64,000 nucleotides of DNA, taken from the NCBI GenBank assembly GCA_963798485.1, contig CAWCTR010000007.1, positions 224,001 to 288,000 of the forward strand. The letters run 5' to 3'. Both the position numbers and the translations under genes were made by a program. The notes beneath the pieces were generated by a model. The model worked only from the letters and a program-made list of their open reading frames with translations, ran no database searches and was not told the DNA's origin. Shown piece by piece: positions 21,256 through 32,146 of this stretch; positions within the stretch are counted from its first letter, which is position 1, and every line of letters starts with the position of its first letter. The stretch is from an uncultured delta proteobacterium. Its GTDB lineage: Bacteria > Desulfobacterota > Desulfomonilia > UBA1062.

Positions 21256-22488
21256 TTATTTGTATATAACCTTCAAGGCATTAATATCCCGCTGGATACC
21301 CTTTACCCTGATACAACCCATGGGTTCAAAGCTTACACCCAGGTCCCCATGAGCCGGGAGCACGTCCGTGGTAAAGCTGCTGACGATGATCTCGCCCGGC
21401 GAGCTGATGGACTCAAGCCGTTGTGCAAGGTTTACCGGCTCTCCGATGACCGTATAGTTCAGCTGCTCCTGTGAGCCGATATTCCCTGCCACCACCAGGC
21501 CCGTAGAGATGCCGATGCCTACCTCGATGGCAAACAATCCTTCAGCCACAAGCCTTTCCTTGAGTTCATTCACCCCTTGCTGGATGTCAACGGCGCAGCG
21601 GATCGCCTTGACCGGGTCCATTTCGGTTTCATCAGGGATGCCGAAGACCGCCATGACCCCATCTCCCAAAAACTTGTCGAGCATGCCGCCATGCCTGAAG
21701 ATCACAGGGACTACGGTCTCGAAGAACCGGTTGAGCACCTCAACCACCTGCTCTACAGGGTTGCTGTCAAGCAGTGTGGTGAAGGAGGTAATGTCGGCAA
21801 ACACCACGGTTACGATCTTCCTCTGCCCCCCAAGGCCTGTCATACGGCCATCCGCCACAAGGTGCTCGGCAAGCCCCCGGGAAAAGTACCTGCTCAGATT
21901 CATACGTTTTTTCTCAAGTTCCAGGAGGTCCTGATAAGTCCGTACAAGCGATGCGGTAATGGAGAGCTGGTCGGCGATGAGCTCGAAGAACCTGAGATCA
22001 TTGGGCCCGAAGCAGCCCGGGACATTATCCCGGAAATTCATGACCCCGACGCTCCTGCCCTCTGTAATGATAGGCACGCATGCCAGAGACCCTTCCTGGT
22101 TAGTCCCCCTGTTGGAGAAGGTGGGGTCCTTGGTAACGTCTTGGATATACAACGTCTTGCCTGCCTCCACCACCTTGCCGGCGATCCCTTCACCCCTCTT
22201 GAGCAGAATGGGCGGCCTGTTGGGCGAGTTTTTCATGAGTGACGCGCTCACGATGCGCAGCGTCTGGGTCTGCTCATCAATAAGCATGACGGAAATACTT
22301 TGGATGCCCGTGGCATTCTTGATGATGTCGAGCTGGCGTAAGAAGAGCTGGTTCCAATGGGAGAGGCTCGTCCCCTTCAATGCCTCGCCGAGCTCTTTCA
22401 GCAGCGATAGCTCGGCTATCTTCTGCTCGTAACCCTTCTCAAGGGAAACGACACGCTCTTTTAATATAGATACAATGTCCCGTTCCAT
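21256..22488 (-). CDS. GAF domain plus class III adenylate/guanylate cyclase
   Basis: FADITSFT, DKFLGDGVMA, VNLAQRLE. Confidence 0.88.
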   Translation of the reverse strand: MERDIVSILKERVVSLEKGYEQKIAELSLLKELGEALKGTSLSHWNQLFLRQLDIIKNATGIQSISVMLIDEQTQTLRIVSASLMKNSPNRPPILLKRGEGIAGKVVEAGKTLYIQDVTKDPTFSNRGTNQEGSLACVPIITEGRSVGVMNFRDNVPGCFGPNDLRFFELIADQLSITASLVRTYQDLLELEKKRMNLSRYFSRGLAEHLVADGRMTGLGGQRKIVTVVFADITSFTTLLDSNPVEQVVEVLNRFFETVVPVIFRHGGMLDKFLGDGVMAVFGIPDETEMDPVKAIRCAVDIQQGVNELKERLVAEGLFAIEVGIGISTGLVVAGNIGSQEQLNYTVIGEPVNLAQRLESISSPGEIIVSSFTTDVLPAHGDLGVSFEPMGCIRVKGIQRDINALKVIYK

Positions 22489-22490
22489 GG

Positions 22491-23924
22491 TTATAGGTCG
22501 AGAAGGGCCTTCACCCTCGATTCCGTATCCTCATACCGCCTGACGACAACGTCGTCACCCAGCTGTGAGAGCGTCTCGGGTGTGAGGTACTGCGCAGCGG
22601 CGGTGTTGGCGATATCCAGTGCTATTACTTTTTTATGCGCAATAATGTCTGCAAGATGAACCGTAACAGCAAGACAAATGTCCTTGGCCTTACCGGGCAG
22701 GTGATGACACAGGAGCCCATCCACTATTTCCTCGGGCAGGTTCCACCGCTCGGCCACGTATGCACCCATCTCGGCATGGGAAAGACCGGCTTCCTTTTCC
22801 TCGCTCGCCAGATCATCCAGGGAAGACAGGATTGACAGGTCGCCCAGGCAGTATCCCCGCTGGAGAAAGATGATCTTGCCGAAATCATGGAGCAGCCCTA
22901 GCGTATAAAGGGCATTGGCGTCATTGCACCCAAGAAGCCGGCCGAGCCAGTTGGCCAGGTGGGCCACCAGGAGGGAATGCTCCCAGAGTATCCGTGCTTT
23001 TTTCGGCGCAATCCGTTCCATGACCTGGTGCACGGCAATAGAAAACGCGAGGTTGATGACCTCGTCGTTGCCCAGGATCACCACTGCGTGCTCAATGGAT
23101 ACGATCTGCCTGCGAAAGCCATAGAAGGCGGAGTTCACGACCTTGAGCATGCGTGACGTGAGCACGGGGTCCTTTTCGATGATCTTTGCCATCTTTGAGG
23201 CGGCGACCATGGGATCTCCTGCAAGATCGATGATCTCCTTCGAGATGGAGGGCAGGGTGAAGAGGTGCTCGAAGTTGCGGAATTTCCGTAAGATCGCCTT
23301 TCCAATCTCTCTTTTTTTCTCCAGTTTCTCCTGATAGCCCCACTCCTGCATGAGTATTGCTATCTCAGCGTCTCTTACATGGCCGCCTGCATTGAATGCC
23401 GAAACGACACCAAAGGGAAGAAGGTCTTCTATCCAATGCCGGTCGGAGGGGCTCATGCCGGAAATGACCTGGCCGACCTCCTGGGGGCGGGAGGCCATGA
23501 ATGCATAGAATTGATAGAAGGCGTTCCCAAGGAACTTTGACTCTCCATCGCTGTCTTTTTCTGAAGAGGCCGTCTCCCGGATGCTCTCCCACAGGCTCTT
23601 GACCCAGTGGGTGCTCCCTTTGCTCAGATTGAACCGCTCAAGCGCCTCGAAGAACAGGGTCTGGATATCAGCGCCGTCCTTGGGATAGACCGCAATCCCC
23701 TTGGGGATCGAAAGGAACTGGGAAGAGGCCTCATCGGCCCCCATCCCGAACACACCGAGAACGAGGTATTCCCCATATTTCACGGCCGTATCCGTATCAC
23801 GCTTTGCCCGCAAAGCCATGTCGGCCTGTTCGTCGGGGACCACAACGACGGACATGCTGCCACCCAAAATTGAAACCTTTTTGAGCTCGATGTCCAAGGG
23901 CGCAAGCATATCCTTAAGTTCCAT
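22491..23924 (-). CDS. HDOD domain protein
   Basis: LFTLP, DPVLTSRMLKVVNSAFY, LLHDFGK, WNLP. Confidence 0.85.
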   Translation of the reverse strand: MELKDMLAPLDIELKKVSILGGSMSVVVVPDEQADMALRAKRDTDTAVKYGEYLVLGVFGMGADEASSQFLSIPKGIAVYPKDGADIQTLFFEALERFNLSKGSTHWVKSLWESIRETASSEKDSDGESKFLGNAFYQFYAFMASRPQEVGQVISGMSPSDRHWIEDLLPFGVVSAFNAGGHVRDAEIAILMQEWGYQEKLEKKREIGKAILRKFRNFEHLFTLPSISKEIIDLAGDPMVAASKMAKIIEKDPVLTSRMLKVVNSAFYGFRRQIVSIEHAVVILGNDEVINLAFSIAVHQVMERIAPKKARILWEHSLLVAHLANWLGRLLGCNDANALYTLGLLHDFGKIIFLQRGYCLGDLSILSSLDDLASEEKEAGLSHAEMGAYVAERWNLPEEIVDGLLCHHLPGKAKDICLAVTVHLADIIAHKKVIALDIANTAAAQYLTPETLSQLGDDVVVRRYEDTESRVKALLDL

Positions 23925-24016
23925 GGTGGTCCTATCGTCAAAACGAGCTCGAATCTTGACTTGGATAAGGCCGGCAAATCTGATACATCTTTTTTCAGAA
24001 TATATAAGGTGGGTTC

Positions 24017-25225
24017 ATGCTAAGCGTTGAAAAGGCTCGAGAGATCATCCTCTCAAAGCTCCCGGCCCTGCCGTCCGAACGGGTGTCTCTGGAAAACGCA
24101 CTGGGGAGATACCTTGCCGAGGACATCGTTTCAACCCTGGCTATACCCTCGTGTGACAATTCCGCCATGGACGGTTATGCCGTCCGCACGGATGATGTAA
24201 AGTCCATCGGTATCACCCTGGATATCTCATCAATCCTCCCGGCGGGCGCACAACCGGTTCATCCCGTTTCCAAAGGCCAAGCCGCCAAGATCATGACCGG
24301 CGCATCCATACCGGAAGGCGCGGATGCAGTGGTAAAGCGCGAAGATACCAAGGAGGAAGAAAGAACGGTCACGATCAATAAGGTGCCGGAAAAGAGCGAA
24401 AACATCCGCTTCAAAGGAGAGGACATTGCCCCGGGGCAGCTTATCCTCACGACAGGGACCCTCCTCGGACCGGCCGTCATAGGCGTGCTGGCATCACTTC
24501 GGCGCCCCATGGTCCAGGTTTCCCAAAGACCTGTGGTGGCCGTACTGGCCACAGGAGACGAGATCGTGGAACTGGGAGAGGATGTCCCGAATAACGCAAT
24601 CATCTCTTCAAACTCCTATACCCTGCTCAGCCTCATAAGGATCACCGGGGGTATCCCTTGCTATCTGGGCATTGCCCATGACAGGAAGGAAGACCTCAAG
24701 AACCGGCTTGCCCGTGCAAAAAAGGCCGACCTGATCCTCACCTCGGGCGGCGTTTCCATGGGCGATTATGACATGATCAGGGAGGTTATGAACGAGGACG
24801 GCGACTCGCTTGCATTCTGGGGTGTTGAGATGAAGCCCGGAAAGCCCCTTGCCTTCGGGTCTCTCTGCGGGGTGCCCGCCATAGGACTGCCCGGCAACCC
24901 CGTGTCCACCATGACCTCGTTCTATCAGTTCGCCAGGCCCGCCATCCTCAAGATGCAAGGCGCCAAAGACCTCCTCCTGCCAAGGGTGAGGGCCCGGCTC
25001 AAGGAGGCCTTGAAAAACTCCGGCGACAGGCCCCATTACATACGAGGCATCCTGGAGCGCTCAGGCGACGATTTCGTGGTCAGTCCCACAGGACCACAGG
25101 GATCAGGCATCCTCACTTCCATGGCAAGGGGCAACTGCTATATGGTCCTGCCCAAAGGGTCTCCATCGCTGCCGGCGGGCTCCTTTGTGGAATGCGAGGT
25201 CTTCCAGGTCGGGTGCTTCTTATAA
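24017..25225 (+). CDS. moeA: Molybdopterin molybdotransferase
   Basis: NSAMDGYA, IMTGA, TSGGVSMG, KPGKP, GLPGNP. Confidence 0.93.
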   Translation: MLSVEKAREIILSKLPALPSERVSLENALGRYLAEDIVSTLAIPSCDNSAMDGYAVRTDDVKSIGITLDISSILPAGAQPVHPVSKGQAAKIMTGASIPEGADAVVKREDTKEEERTVTINKVPEKSENIRFKGEDIAPGQLILTTGTLLGPAVIGVLASLRRPMVQVSQRPVVAVLATGDEIVELGEDVPNNAIISSNSYTLLSLIRITGGIPCYLGIAHDRKEDLKNRLARAKKADLILTSGGVSMGDYDMIREVMNEDGDSLAFWGVEMKPGKPLAFGSLCGVPAIGLPGNPVSTMTSFYQFARPAILKMQGAKDLLLPRVRARLKEALKNSGDRPHYIRGILERSGDDFVVSPTGPQGSGILTSMARGNCYMVLPKGSPSLPAGSFVECEVFQVGCFL

Positions 25226-25234
25226 CAAATAAGG

Positions 25235-25262
25235 TTGACAGAGTGATTGTAATAAGTATAAG
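25235..25262 (+). promoter_or_regulatory. Sigma70-type promoter of dksA-like/purL/purQ
   Basis: TTGACA-N16-TATAAG. Confidence 0.5.
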
Positions 25263-25295
25263 TAGCCTACTTTTTAAATTCCGGTGGAGGACAGG

Positions 25296-25685
25296 ATGTT
25301 AAGAAAGAATGAGCTTCTCGAGATCAAAGAGATCCTTCTCCAGATGAAGAAGGACATCCTTAAGACCCTTGCTGAGAGAATTAAATCCAATGACTTGACC
25401 GCACAGCGGGAGATCGGCGACATCTTTGACGATGCCGACCTGGAGCAGACCAGGGAGTTCAACCTCCTCCTCGGCACCCGTGAACGGCAGAAACTGGACC
25501 AGATCGAGAGCGCCCTTTCGCGGATGGAGCAAGGCGAATATGGATTCTGCGAAGACTGTGAAGAAAATATACCTGCCGGGAGGCTCAAGGCCATGCCCTT
25601 TGCAACCCTGTGTGTAAAGTGCAAATCAGAGCGGGAAAGCATGGAAGGCCCCAACGCCCCCGTCTATGTAGAGGAAAAAGGTTAA
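25296..25685 (+). CDS. DksA/TraR C4 zinc-finger protein
   Basis: GDIFDDA, YGFCEDC, RLKAMPFATLCVKC. Confidence 0.85.
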   Translation: MLRKNELLEIKEILLQMKKDILKTLAERIKSNDLTAQREIGDIFDDADLEQTREFNLLLGTRERQKLDQIESALSRMEQGEYGFCEDCEENIPAGRLKAMPFATLCVKCKSERESMEGPNAPVYVEEKG

Positions 25686-25689
25686 TTCC

Positions 25690-28638
25690 ATGGGCTTGAG
25701 GGTCGAGGTCGGACTCAAGCCGCACCTCTTTGATGCCCGCGGAGCCAGGGTCAAAAGGCAGATACTTCATGCTTTTCCCCGGTTGTCTAGCCTTGAACGG
25801 ATCTCCTGCTTCGACATCTACCACATGGATTCGGATAACCTGAACCACGCTTGTCTTGAAGAGGCCTTCTGCGACCCGGTCATCCAGGATATCACCATCG
25901 GTGGCATCTTACGGACGGATAAAGGCTGGTATATCGAGGTCGGGTTCAAGCCCGGCGTTACCGACAATGTGGGGCATAGCGCCCAATATGCCTTTGAGCT
26001 CATCTCCGGCAGCACCATAAAGGTCTTTTCCGCACGGGGGTACCTGCTTCAGGGCGGGCTTGACCGCAATACCGCCCAGGCAATCGCCCGGGAATGCCTG
26101 GCCAATTCGCTCATCCACACCATCAGGGTGCTCGGCTACCCCGAGTGCGGGGCTATTGAGCCGGCCATCCCCACCCTCGCCGGGCTCCACGATCCTGTGG
26201 CGGAAGAAATTTCCCTGGACCTCGAAGACGACGCCCTCATAAAGCTCTCCCAGGAGAGGACCCTGGCCTTGAGCGTGGTTGAGATGAAGGCCATCATCAA
26301 CTACCTGAAGGACCCCGACACCCTGAAAGAAAGATCGTTAAAGTCTCTTGGAGGCACAATAACGGATGTCGAGCTCGAGTGCCTGGCCCAGACCTGGTCG
26401 GAGCACTGCAAGCACAAGATTTTCAATGCGGATATCACCTACGAAGAGGACGGAAAGACCGAGCAGATCTCATCGCTGTTCTCAACCTACATCAAGGGCG
26501 CCACATCCAAGATCCGTAAACGTGCCGGGGAAAAAGACATCTGTGTGAGCGTCTTCTCCGACAATGCAGGCGTTATCCGGTTCAATGAGGATTATAACCT
26601 CGTCTTCAAGGTGGAGACCCACAACTCCCCTTCTGCCCTGGACCCATACGGCGGGGCGCTCACCGGCATCGTGGGGGTGAACCGCGACCCCTTCGGCACC
26701 GGCATGGGGGCCAAGCTCATCTTCAACACGGACGTGTTCTGTTTTGCAGACCCGTTTCGTATCGGCAAGCTGCCTCCCAAGATACTCCATCCGTTACGGA
26801 TCTTTGAGGGGGTCCGGGAAGGCGTAGAGCACGGCGGCAACAAATCCGGCATCCCCACGGTGAACGGCTGCCTCGTATTTGATGAGCGGTACCTGGGGAA
26901 GCCCCTGGTCTATTGCGGGACCGCAGGCATCATGCCCGCAACTATCAACGGCGAGCCTTCTCACATAAAACAGATCCTACCAGGGGACCTCATCGTCATG
27001 TCTGGGGGCCCGATAGGCAAGGACGGCATCCACGGGGCCACCTTCTCCTCCGAGGAGTTCAATGAGACATCCCCCACATCCGCCGTTCAGATCGGCGACC
27101 CCATCACCCAGAAGAAGCTCACCGATTTTCTGCTCGTGGCACGTGACAGGGGCCTCTACCATGCCATCACCGACGATGGTGCAGGGGGCTTGTCCTCGGC
27201 TGTGGGCGAGATGGCCACGCAGTGCGGCGGGTGTCATATAGAGTTGGAAAAACCGCCCCTGAAATATCATGGCCTGAGCCCGTGGGAGATCCTGCTCTCC
27301 GAGGCCCAGGAGCGCATGACCCTGGCCATCCCTCGTGAGAAGATCGCAGAGTTCCTCGACCTCTCCTCGGCCATGGGTGTGGAATCGACCGTCATCGGCA
27401 CCTTCACGGATTCCGGTTTCTTCCACTGCACGTATAACGGTAAGAACGTGGCATATATCAGCCTGGACTTTCTCCACAACGGCCTGCCCACCATGAAGCT
27501 CAAGGCCCGCTGGAGGCCGCCTTCAACGGAAACCGGGTTGACACCGGTTCCGGCAGACCATGCCGCCAAGCTCAAAGAGATGCTGGGCAGGCTCAATATC
27601 TGCTCAAAGGAGTATGTGGTCAGGCAGTACGACCACGAGGTGCAGGGCGGCTCGGTCGTCAAACCCCTTGTGGGCGCAGGGTGTGATGGGCCTTCCGATG
27701 CGGGGGTCATCCGGCCGCTGCTGGGTTCCTACGAGGGCGTGGTAGTATCGAACGGCATCGTACCCAGATATTCCGACCTGGACACCTACCACATGGCTGC
27801 CTGTGCGCTCGACGAGGCATTAAGGAACTACGTCTGCGTGGGCGGCAACCCTGATCACTGGGCATTCCTGGATAATTTCTGCTGGTGCGACCCGGTCTCA
27901 AGCGCCAAGAACCCTGACGGCGAATACAAGCTGGCACAGCTCGTGCGGGCGAACAAGGCCCTCTTTGATTACGCCCTGGCCTTTTCCTGCCCCATGATCT
28001 CGGGCAAGGACAGCATGAAGAACGACTATATGGGCACAGATGTAAAGATATCCATCCCGCCCACCATCCTGATATCGGTCATCGGCAAGATCGAAGATGC
28101 ACGGAACGCCGTGACTATGGACCTCAAGCAGGGAGGGAGCCTTATCTATATCCTCGGCGTCACAAAGAACGAACTCGGTGCAAGCGAGTATCTTGCCTCT
28201 TTTGGCATGAAAGGGTCAATGGTTCCTCGGGTGGATGCGGACACTTCCCTGAAGAGATACCGGGACCTTCACCATGCCATGGAAAAGGGCCTTGTCTTGT
28301 CGGCCCATGACTGCTCGGACGGCGGCCTGGCCGTGTGCCTGGCCGAGATGGCCTTTTCCGGGGCATATGGCCTCTCCATAGACCTTGGCAAGGTGCCTGC
28401 CGCATCGGGTATGAACGACACGGAGGTGATGTATTCGGAGTCGGCCGGCAGGATCGTCATAGAGGTCGGTAAGGACAAGGCCACTGAGATAGAAGAGATC
28501 TTCGGCAAGGACGCGGCATGCATCGGCAGTACCGATAAAGCCCCGAGGCTAGTTATAAAATCATCTTCAGGAGACACCGTCGTGCAAGAAGGCATCGATG
28601 CATTAAAGGCTGCCTGGAAGGCGACCCTGGATTTCTGA
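25690..28638 (+). CDS. purL: Phosphoribosylformylglycinamidine synthase, synthetase subunit
   Basis: QTWSEHCKHK, KVETHNSP, DDGAGGL, LSEAQERM, HDCSDGG. Confidence 0.93.
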   Translation: MGLRVEVGLKPHLFDARGARVKRQILHAFPRLSSLERISCFDIYHMDSDNLNHACLEEAFCDPVIQDITIGGILRTDKGWYIEVGFKPGVTDNVGHSAQYAFELISGSTIKVFSARGYLLQGGLDRNTAQAIARECLANSLIHTIRVLGYPECGAIEPAIPTLAGLHDPVAEEISLDLEDDALIKLSQERTLALSVVEMKAIINYLKDPDTLKERSLKSLGGTITDVELECLAQTWSEHCKHKIFNADITYEEDGKTEQISSLFSTYIKGATSKIRKRAGEKDICVSVFSDNAGVIRFNEDYNLVFKVETHNSPSALDPYGGALTGIVGVNRDPFGTGMGAKLIFNTDVFCFADPFRIGKLPPKILHPLRIFEGVREGVEHGGNKSGIPTVNGCLVFDERYLGKPLVYCGTAGIMPATINGEPSHIKQILPGDLIVMSGGPIGKDGIHGATFSSEEFNETSPTSAVQIGDPITQKKLTDFLLVARDRGLYHAITDDGAGGLSSAVGEMATQCGGCHIELEKPPLKYHGLSPWEILLSEAQERMTLAIPREKIAEFLDLSSAMGVESTVIGTFTDSGFFHCTYNGKNVAYISLDFLHNGLPTMKLKARWRPPSTETGLTPVPADHAAKLKEMLGRLNICSKEYVVRQYDHEVQGGSVVKPLVGAGCDGPSDAGVIRPLLGSYEGVVVSNGIVPRYSDLDTYHMAACALDEALRNYVCVGGNPDHWAFLDNFCWCDPVSSAKNPDGEYKLAQLVRANKALFDYALAFSCPMISGKDSMKNDYMGTDVKISIPPTILISVIGKIEDARNAVTMDLKQGGSLIYILGVTKNELGASEYLASFGMKGSMVPRVDADTSLKRYRDLHHAMEKGLVLSAHDCSDGGLAVCLAEMAFSGAYGLSIDLGKVPAASGMNDTEVMYSESAGRIVIEVGKDKATEIEEIFGKDAACIGSTDKAPRLVIKSSSGDTVVQEGIDALKAAWKATLDF

Positions 28639-28639
28639 T

Positions 28640-29452
28640 ATGGCTATGGTAAAGGCGCTTGTCATAACCGGTTACGGAACCAACTGTGAGATGGAGATGG
28701 CCCATGCCTGCAGTCTTGCAGGCGCTCAGGCCGATATCGCCCACATCAGCGAGGTATTGAGCGGTAAGTATCCTATCAATGATTATCATTTCCTGAACCT
28801 CCCGGGCGGTTTCCTGGACGGGGATGACCTCGGAAGCGCCCAGGTTGAAAGTGTCCGGTTGAAATATGCACGCGTAAAGACATCCGGAAAAACCCTGTTC
28901 GAGGAGATCAGCACTTTCATCTCCCGGGGCATGCTCATACTCGGGGTATGCAACGGCTTCCAGGCCCTGGTGAAGTCAGGCATCCTGCCCGGAAACCCGC
29001 TGGGAAAGAGACGGGTGTCGCTTACCTTCAACGACTCTGCCAAGTTTGAAGACCGCTGGGTGACACTGAAGGTGAACCGTTTAAGCCCCTGCGTGTTCAC
29101 CATGGGAATAGATCATCTCATGGTGCCGGTCCGCCACGGCGAGGGAAAGTTCGTGTGCGACAGCGATGCAACGCTTGAAGAGATCACGAATGCGAATCTC
29201 ATCACGGTGCAGTATGCCGATGAAAGGTTCTCGCCCACCATGGAATACCCCTCTAACCCCAACGGCTCGGTATCGGCCGTTGCAGGCATCTGCGATTCAA
29301 CAGGCCGCATCTTCGGGCTCATGCCGCACCCCGAGGCCTACACCCACCGCACCAACCACCCCAGATGGACAAGGGAGAACAACCTGCCGGACAGGGGCGA
29401 GGGTATGGCCATCTTCGACAATGCCGTGACCTTCCTCAAGGGCATTGTCTAG
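28640..29452 (+). CDS. purQ: FGAM synthase glutaminase subunit
   Basis: GTNC, PGGF, GVCNGFQ, HGEG, MPHPE. Confidence 0.93.
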   Translation: MAMVKALVITGYGTNCEMEMAHACSLAGAQADIAHISEVLSGKYPINDYHFLNLPGGFLDGDDLGSAQVESVRLKYARVKTSGKTLFEEISTFISRGMLILGVCNGFQALVKSGILPGNPLGKRRVSLTFNDSAKFEDRWVTLKVNRLSPCVFTMGIDHLMVPVRHGEGKFVCDSDATLEEITNANLITVQYADERFSPTMEYPSNPNGSVSAVAGICDSTGRIFGLMPHPEAYTHRTNHPRWTRENNLPDRGEGMAIFDNAVTFLKGIV

Positions 29453-29941
29453 GCACACTGTTCCGGCAACGCCGGAGAGGATTACCGGAGGTGTGAATAA
29501 ACCCGGCTATCCATGTACAGCGTTCTTTGCTGATCGTGCATAAGATCTGAACCAGAGATTCCATTCAGAGATCCGCGGTTGATCACCGGGAACAGTGCAT
29601 GTCGATTTATCGAAGTTATATTCGATAAGAGCAGACCGTTGATCGCGGCACGAACTCTATATGTTCATACATTAATAGGTAGTTCTTTCTAAATTGCTAT
29701 TGATATTCCTTAAAACAGAATTATTATAAACGATTAATGATGTCTTTCAACATTTAGGATTACTCCATCCGACGAACCTGTTTCGCTTCTCTACGAGAAG
29801 CACTCTAAACACCAGACCAAAACAGTCATCAATATGATTAGGCACCCTGGGGGAGGAACAAGCCGAAGATCCTCAAGATCATGCAATAATTATCATTGTT
29901 CATGCGGGGGATAAATACCTTAATATTTAGGAGGAAAACAG

Positions 29942-31300
29942 ATGAAAGTGCTTCTCATTCAACCCCCAAGTATTGACCCATTGTTAGATCAGGTTTTCCT
30001 TTTTGAGCCCTTGGCCCTTGAATACGTCGGAGCGGGTTTGAAGCAGGATGCACATGATGTTTTGCTTCTTGATGCGCGACTTGACCCTGATTACGAGAGA
30101 GCATACCGCCGGTTTCAACCTGACGTGGTTGGACTGACCGGTTTTACCAGCCATGTCAATATCATCAAAACAATTGTTGCTCGACTAAAGTCGATATCTT
30201 CCAGAGTCCTGTTTGTTGTCGGCGGCCACCATGCCTCGGTACGACCAACAGATTTTAATGATTCACTTATTGATATTGTAGTTATTGGCGAAGGAGTCGT
30301 CACTCTACGGGAAATCCTCCGGGCATGGGAAAAGGGAAGCAGCTTCTCTGACATTCACGGAATCGCCATTCCCTGCGTGGACGGTATGATATTCAGCAAA
30401 CCAAGGCCTTACACGGATCTTAACGAACTTCCATTTCCTGATCGCTCTCTAACTGCCAGCTACCGAAAACAGTACTTCAGCGAGTGGTTCAAGCCGCTGG
30501 CCTCTGTGCGCACTTCACTCGGCTGCACGGCGCGTTGCAGCTTCTGCGCCCTCTGGAAGATCACCGATGGGAAATACCTTAGGCGCGATCCCGAAAAGGT
30601 TGTAGAAGAATTGCTTAGTGTGGCGGAACCTAACGTCTTCTTGTGTGACGATGAGTCCATGTGCGATTCAAAGCGGATGGACAAGATGGCCGACCTGATC
30701 GCAGAGGCAGGCATCCACAAGAAGTTCTTCCTCTATGCCAGAGCGGACAACATAGTGAATCATCCCGAACTGTTTGCTAAGTGGGCCAGGATCGGTCTGG
30801 CTCAGGTTTTTGTTGGGATGGAGGATTTCTCGGACAAACGCCTGATAGCCATGAAGAAGGGGATCACTACTGCGCAGCAGGCAGAAGCGGTCAAGATACT
30901 TGATAAGCTAGGGATCATGATGGAGGCCTCATACATAGTTGATCCAGCCTATACCCGCGAAGACTTCAGCTCTTTACTGGCTTATGTCCGAAAGATGAAA
31001 CATAAGTACGTAATATTTACGGTCATGACGCCTCTTCCCGGCACAGAACTCCATGACTCCCGAGAAAATGAGCTTCTTTCACTCAAGCCTGAATTGTATG
31101 ACCTGGTGCATGCCCTCCTACCCACCACGTTGCCGTTGCAGGAATTCTACAAGGAGTATGCCAACCTGTATTCCAAGGCAGTACCGCTGTATAGGTACGT
31201 GCCGACAGTTTTTCGCTTTGGACTGCACGGCATGCTGCTTCGTATCACATTGTTCAATCGAGTTCTCAAAAAGTTCAAGCTGATGCATCTTGATTATTGA
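29942..31300 (+). CDS. Cobalamin-dependent radical SAM protein (HpnR/HpnP-like class B methyltransferase)
   Basis: EPLALEY, VGGHHAS, GCTARCSFC, TPLPGT. Confidence 0.75.
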   Translation: MKVLLIQPPSIDPLLDQVFLFEPLALEYVGAGLKQDAHDVLLLDARLDPDYERAYRRFQPDVVGLTGFTSHVNIIKTIVARLKSISSRVLFVVGGHHASVRPTDFNDSLIDIVVIGEGVVTLREILRAWEKGSSFSDIHGIAIPCVDGMIFSKPRPYTDLNELPFPDRSLTASYRKQYFSEWFKPLASVRTSLGCTARCSFCALWKITDGKYLRRDPEKVVEELLSVAEPNVFLCDDESMCDSKRMDKMADLIAEAGIHKKFFLYARADNIVNHPELFAKWARIGLAQVFVGMEDFSDKRLIAMKKGITTAQQAEAVKILDKLGIMMEASYIVDPAYTREDFSSLLAYVRKMKHKYVIFTVMTPLPGTELHDSRENELLSLKPELYDLVHALLPTTLPLQEFYKEYANLYSKAVPLYRYVPTVFRFGLHGMLLRITLFNRVLKKFKLMHLDY

Positions 31301-31462
31301 CGGCGATAAATACGAAATTGGGGGGGAATAGGGTCTATTAGGCTTGCAATGCTTGAATTGATATCATTATCAAATTCCCATTACCATGAACGGGCCCTTT
31401 TGTTAGGAGTTTCTCAATAGCGGTGATGCCATTGCGTTTCAATTCGTTTGCAGCAATAGCAT

Positions 31463-31807
31463 TCATAATATGCGGATGAAGTGAGGAATCGTCTCGGGAA
31501 GATCCAGCACGATTTCCATAAAACCGCGGGATTGGCCGCCTGTGTACCAGGGCGTCTGATAGATCATCTTTTTGAGCCCCTTTTTCTCAATGGTGTACAC
31601 GTTGGGTTTCCTTTGTTCCATGAACTGCATGAGCTTTGTCCGGGCAGGCTCAGGATGACAGTCAATCAAATTGGATCCCAACAGGCTTTCTCCGCCCTGC
31701 TCCTGGAACATCTTGGCCGATCGATCATTCATCTCCAGAATAATGCCTTCCTGGTCACAAACCGTAACAGCCCCTGGAAATTCCTTAACCCATTGATGTT
31801 TATCCAT
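31463..31807 (-). CDS. Stand-alone PAS domain protein
   Basis: AVTVCDQEGIILEMN, LLGSNLIDCHPE. Confidence 0.75.
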   Translation of the reverse strand: MDKHQWVKEFPGAVTVCDQEGIILEMNDRSAKMFQEQGGESLLGSNLIDCHPEPARTKLMQFMEQRKPNVYTIEKKGLKKMIYQTPWYTGGQSRGFMEIVLDLPETIPHFIRIL

Positions 31808-32146
31808 CTGTATATTCCAACCTTTCTTTAGTTTCATGACGTATCATTGCTTGATAACCGCCAAGGGGATGTACATACCTATGTATGATGTAACATTCTC
31901 CACGCAGGCTGACAATTACCATATCCCGTTGCGGGTGATCTTCTCAGATTACAATCAACGAATGCAAAACTTCTGCAACGAAATTGACACTAAGATCTGT
32001 CGGATCTATTCTTCCACTGCTTTTTTCAACAGAAATATCGCAGCTAAATGAGACTCGAATGAAAGAACAACGTATTCTCAGCTTGTTCTTATGAATAGAA
32101 ACGCTTATGCTCCACAGCTTCCACTATTTCAATGAGGAGGCCTATC

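Noticed and set aside
29456-29598. CACTGTTCC...GGAACAGTG inverted repeat after purQ
   Set aside because: Only about 9 bp and no other element hallmark; could be chance.
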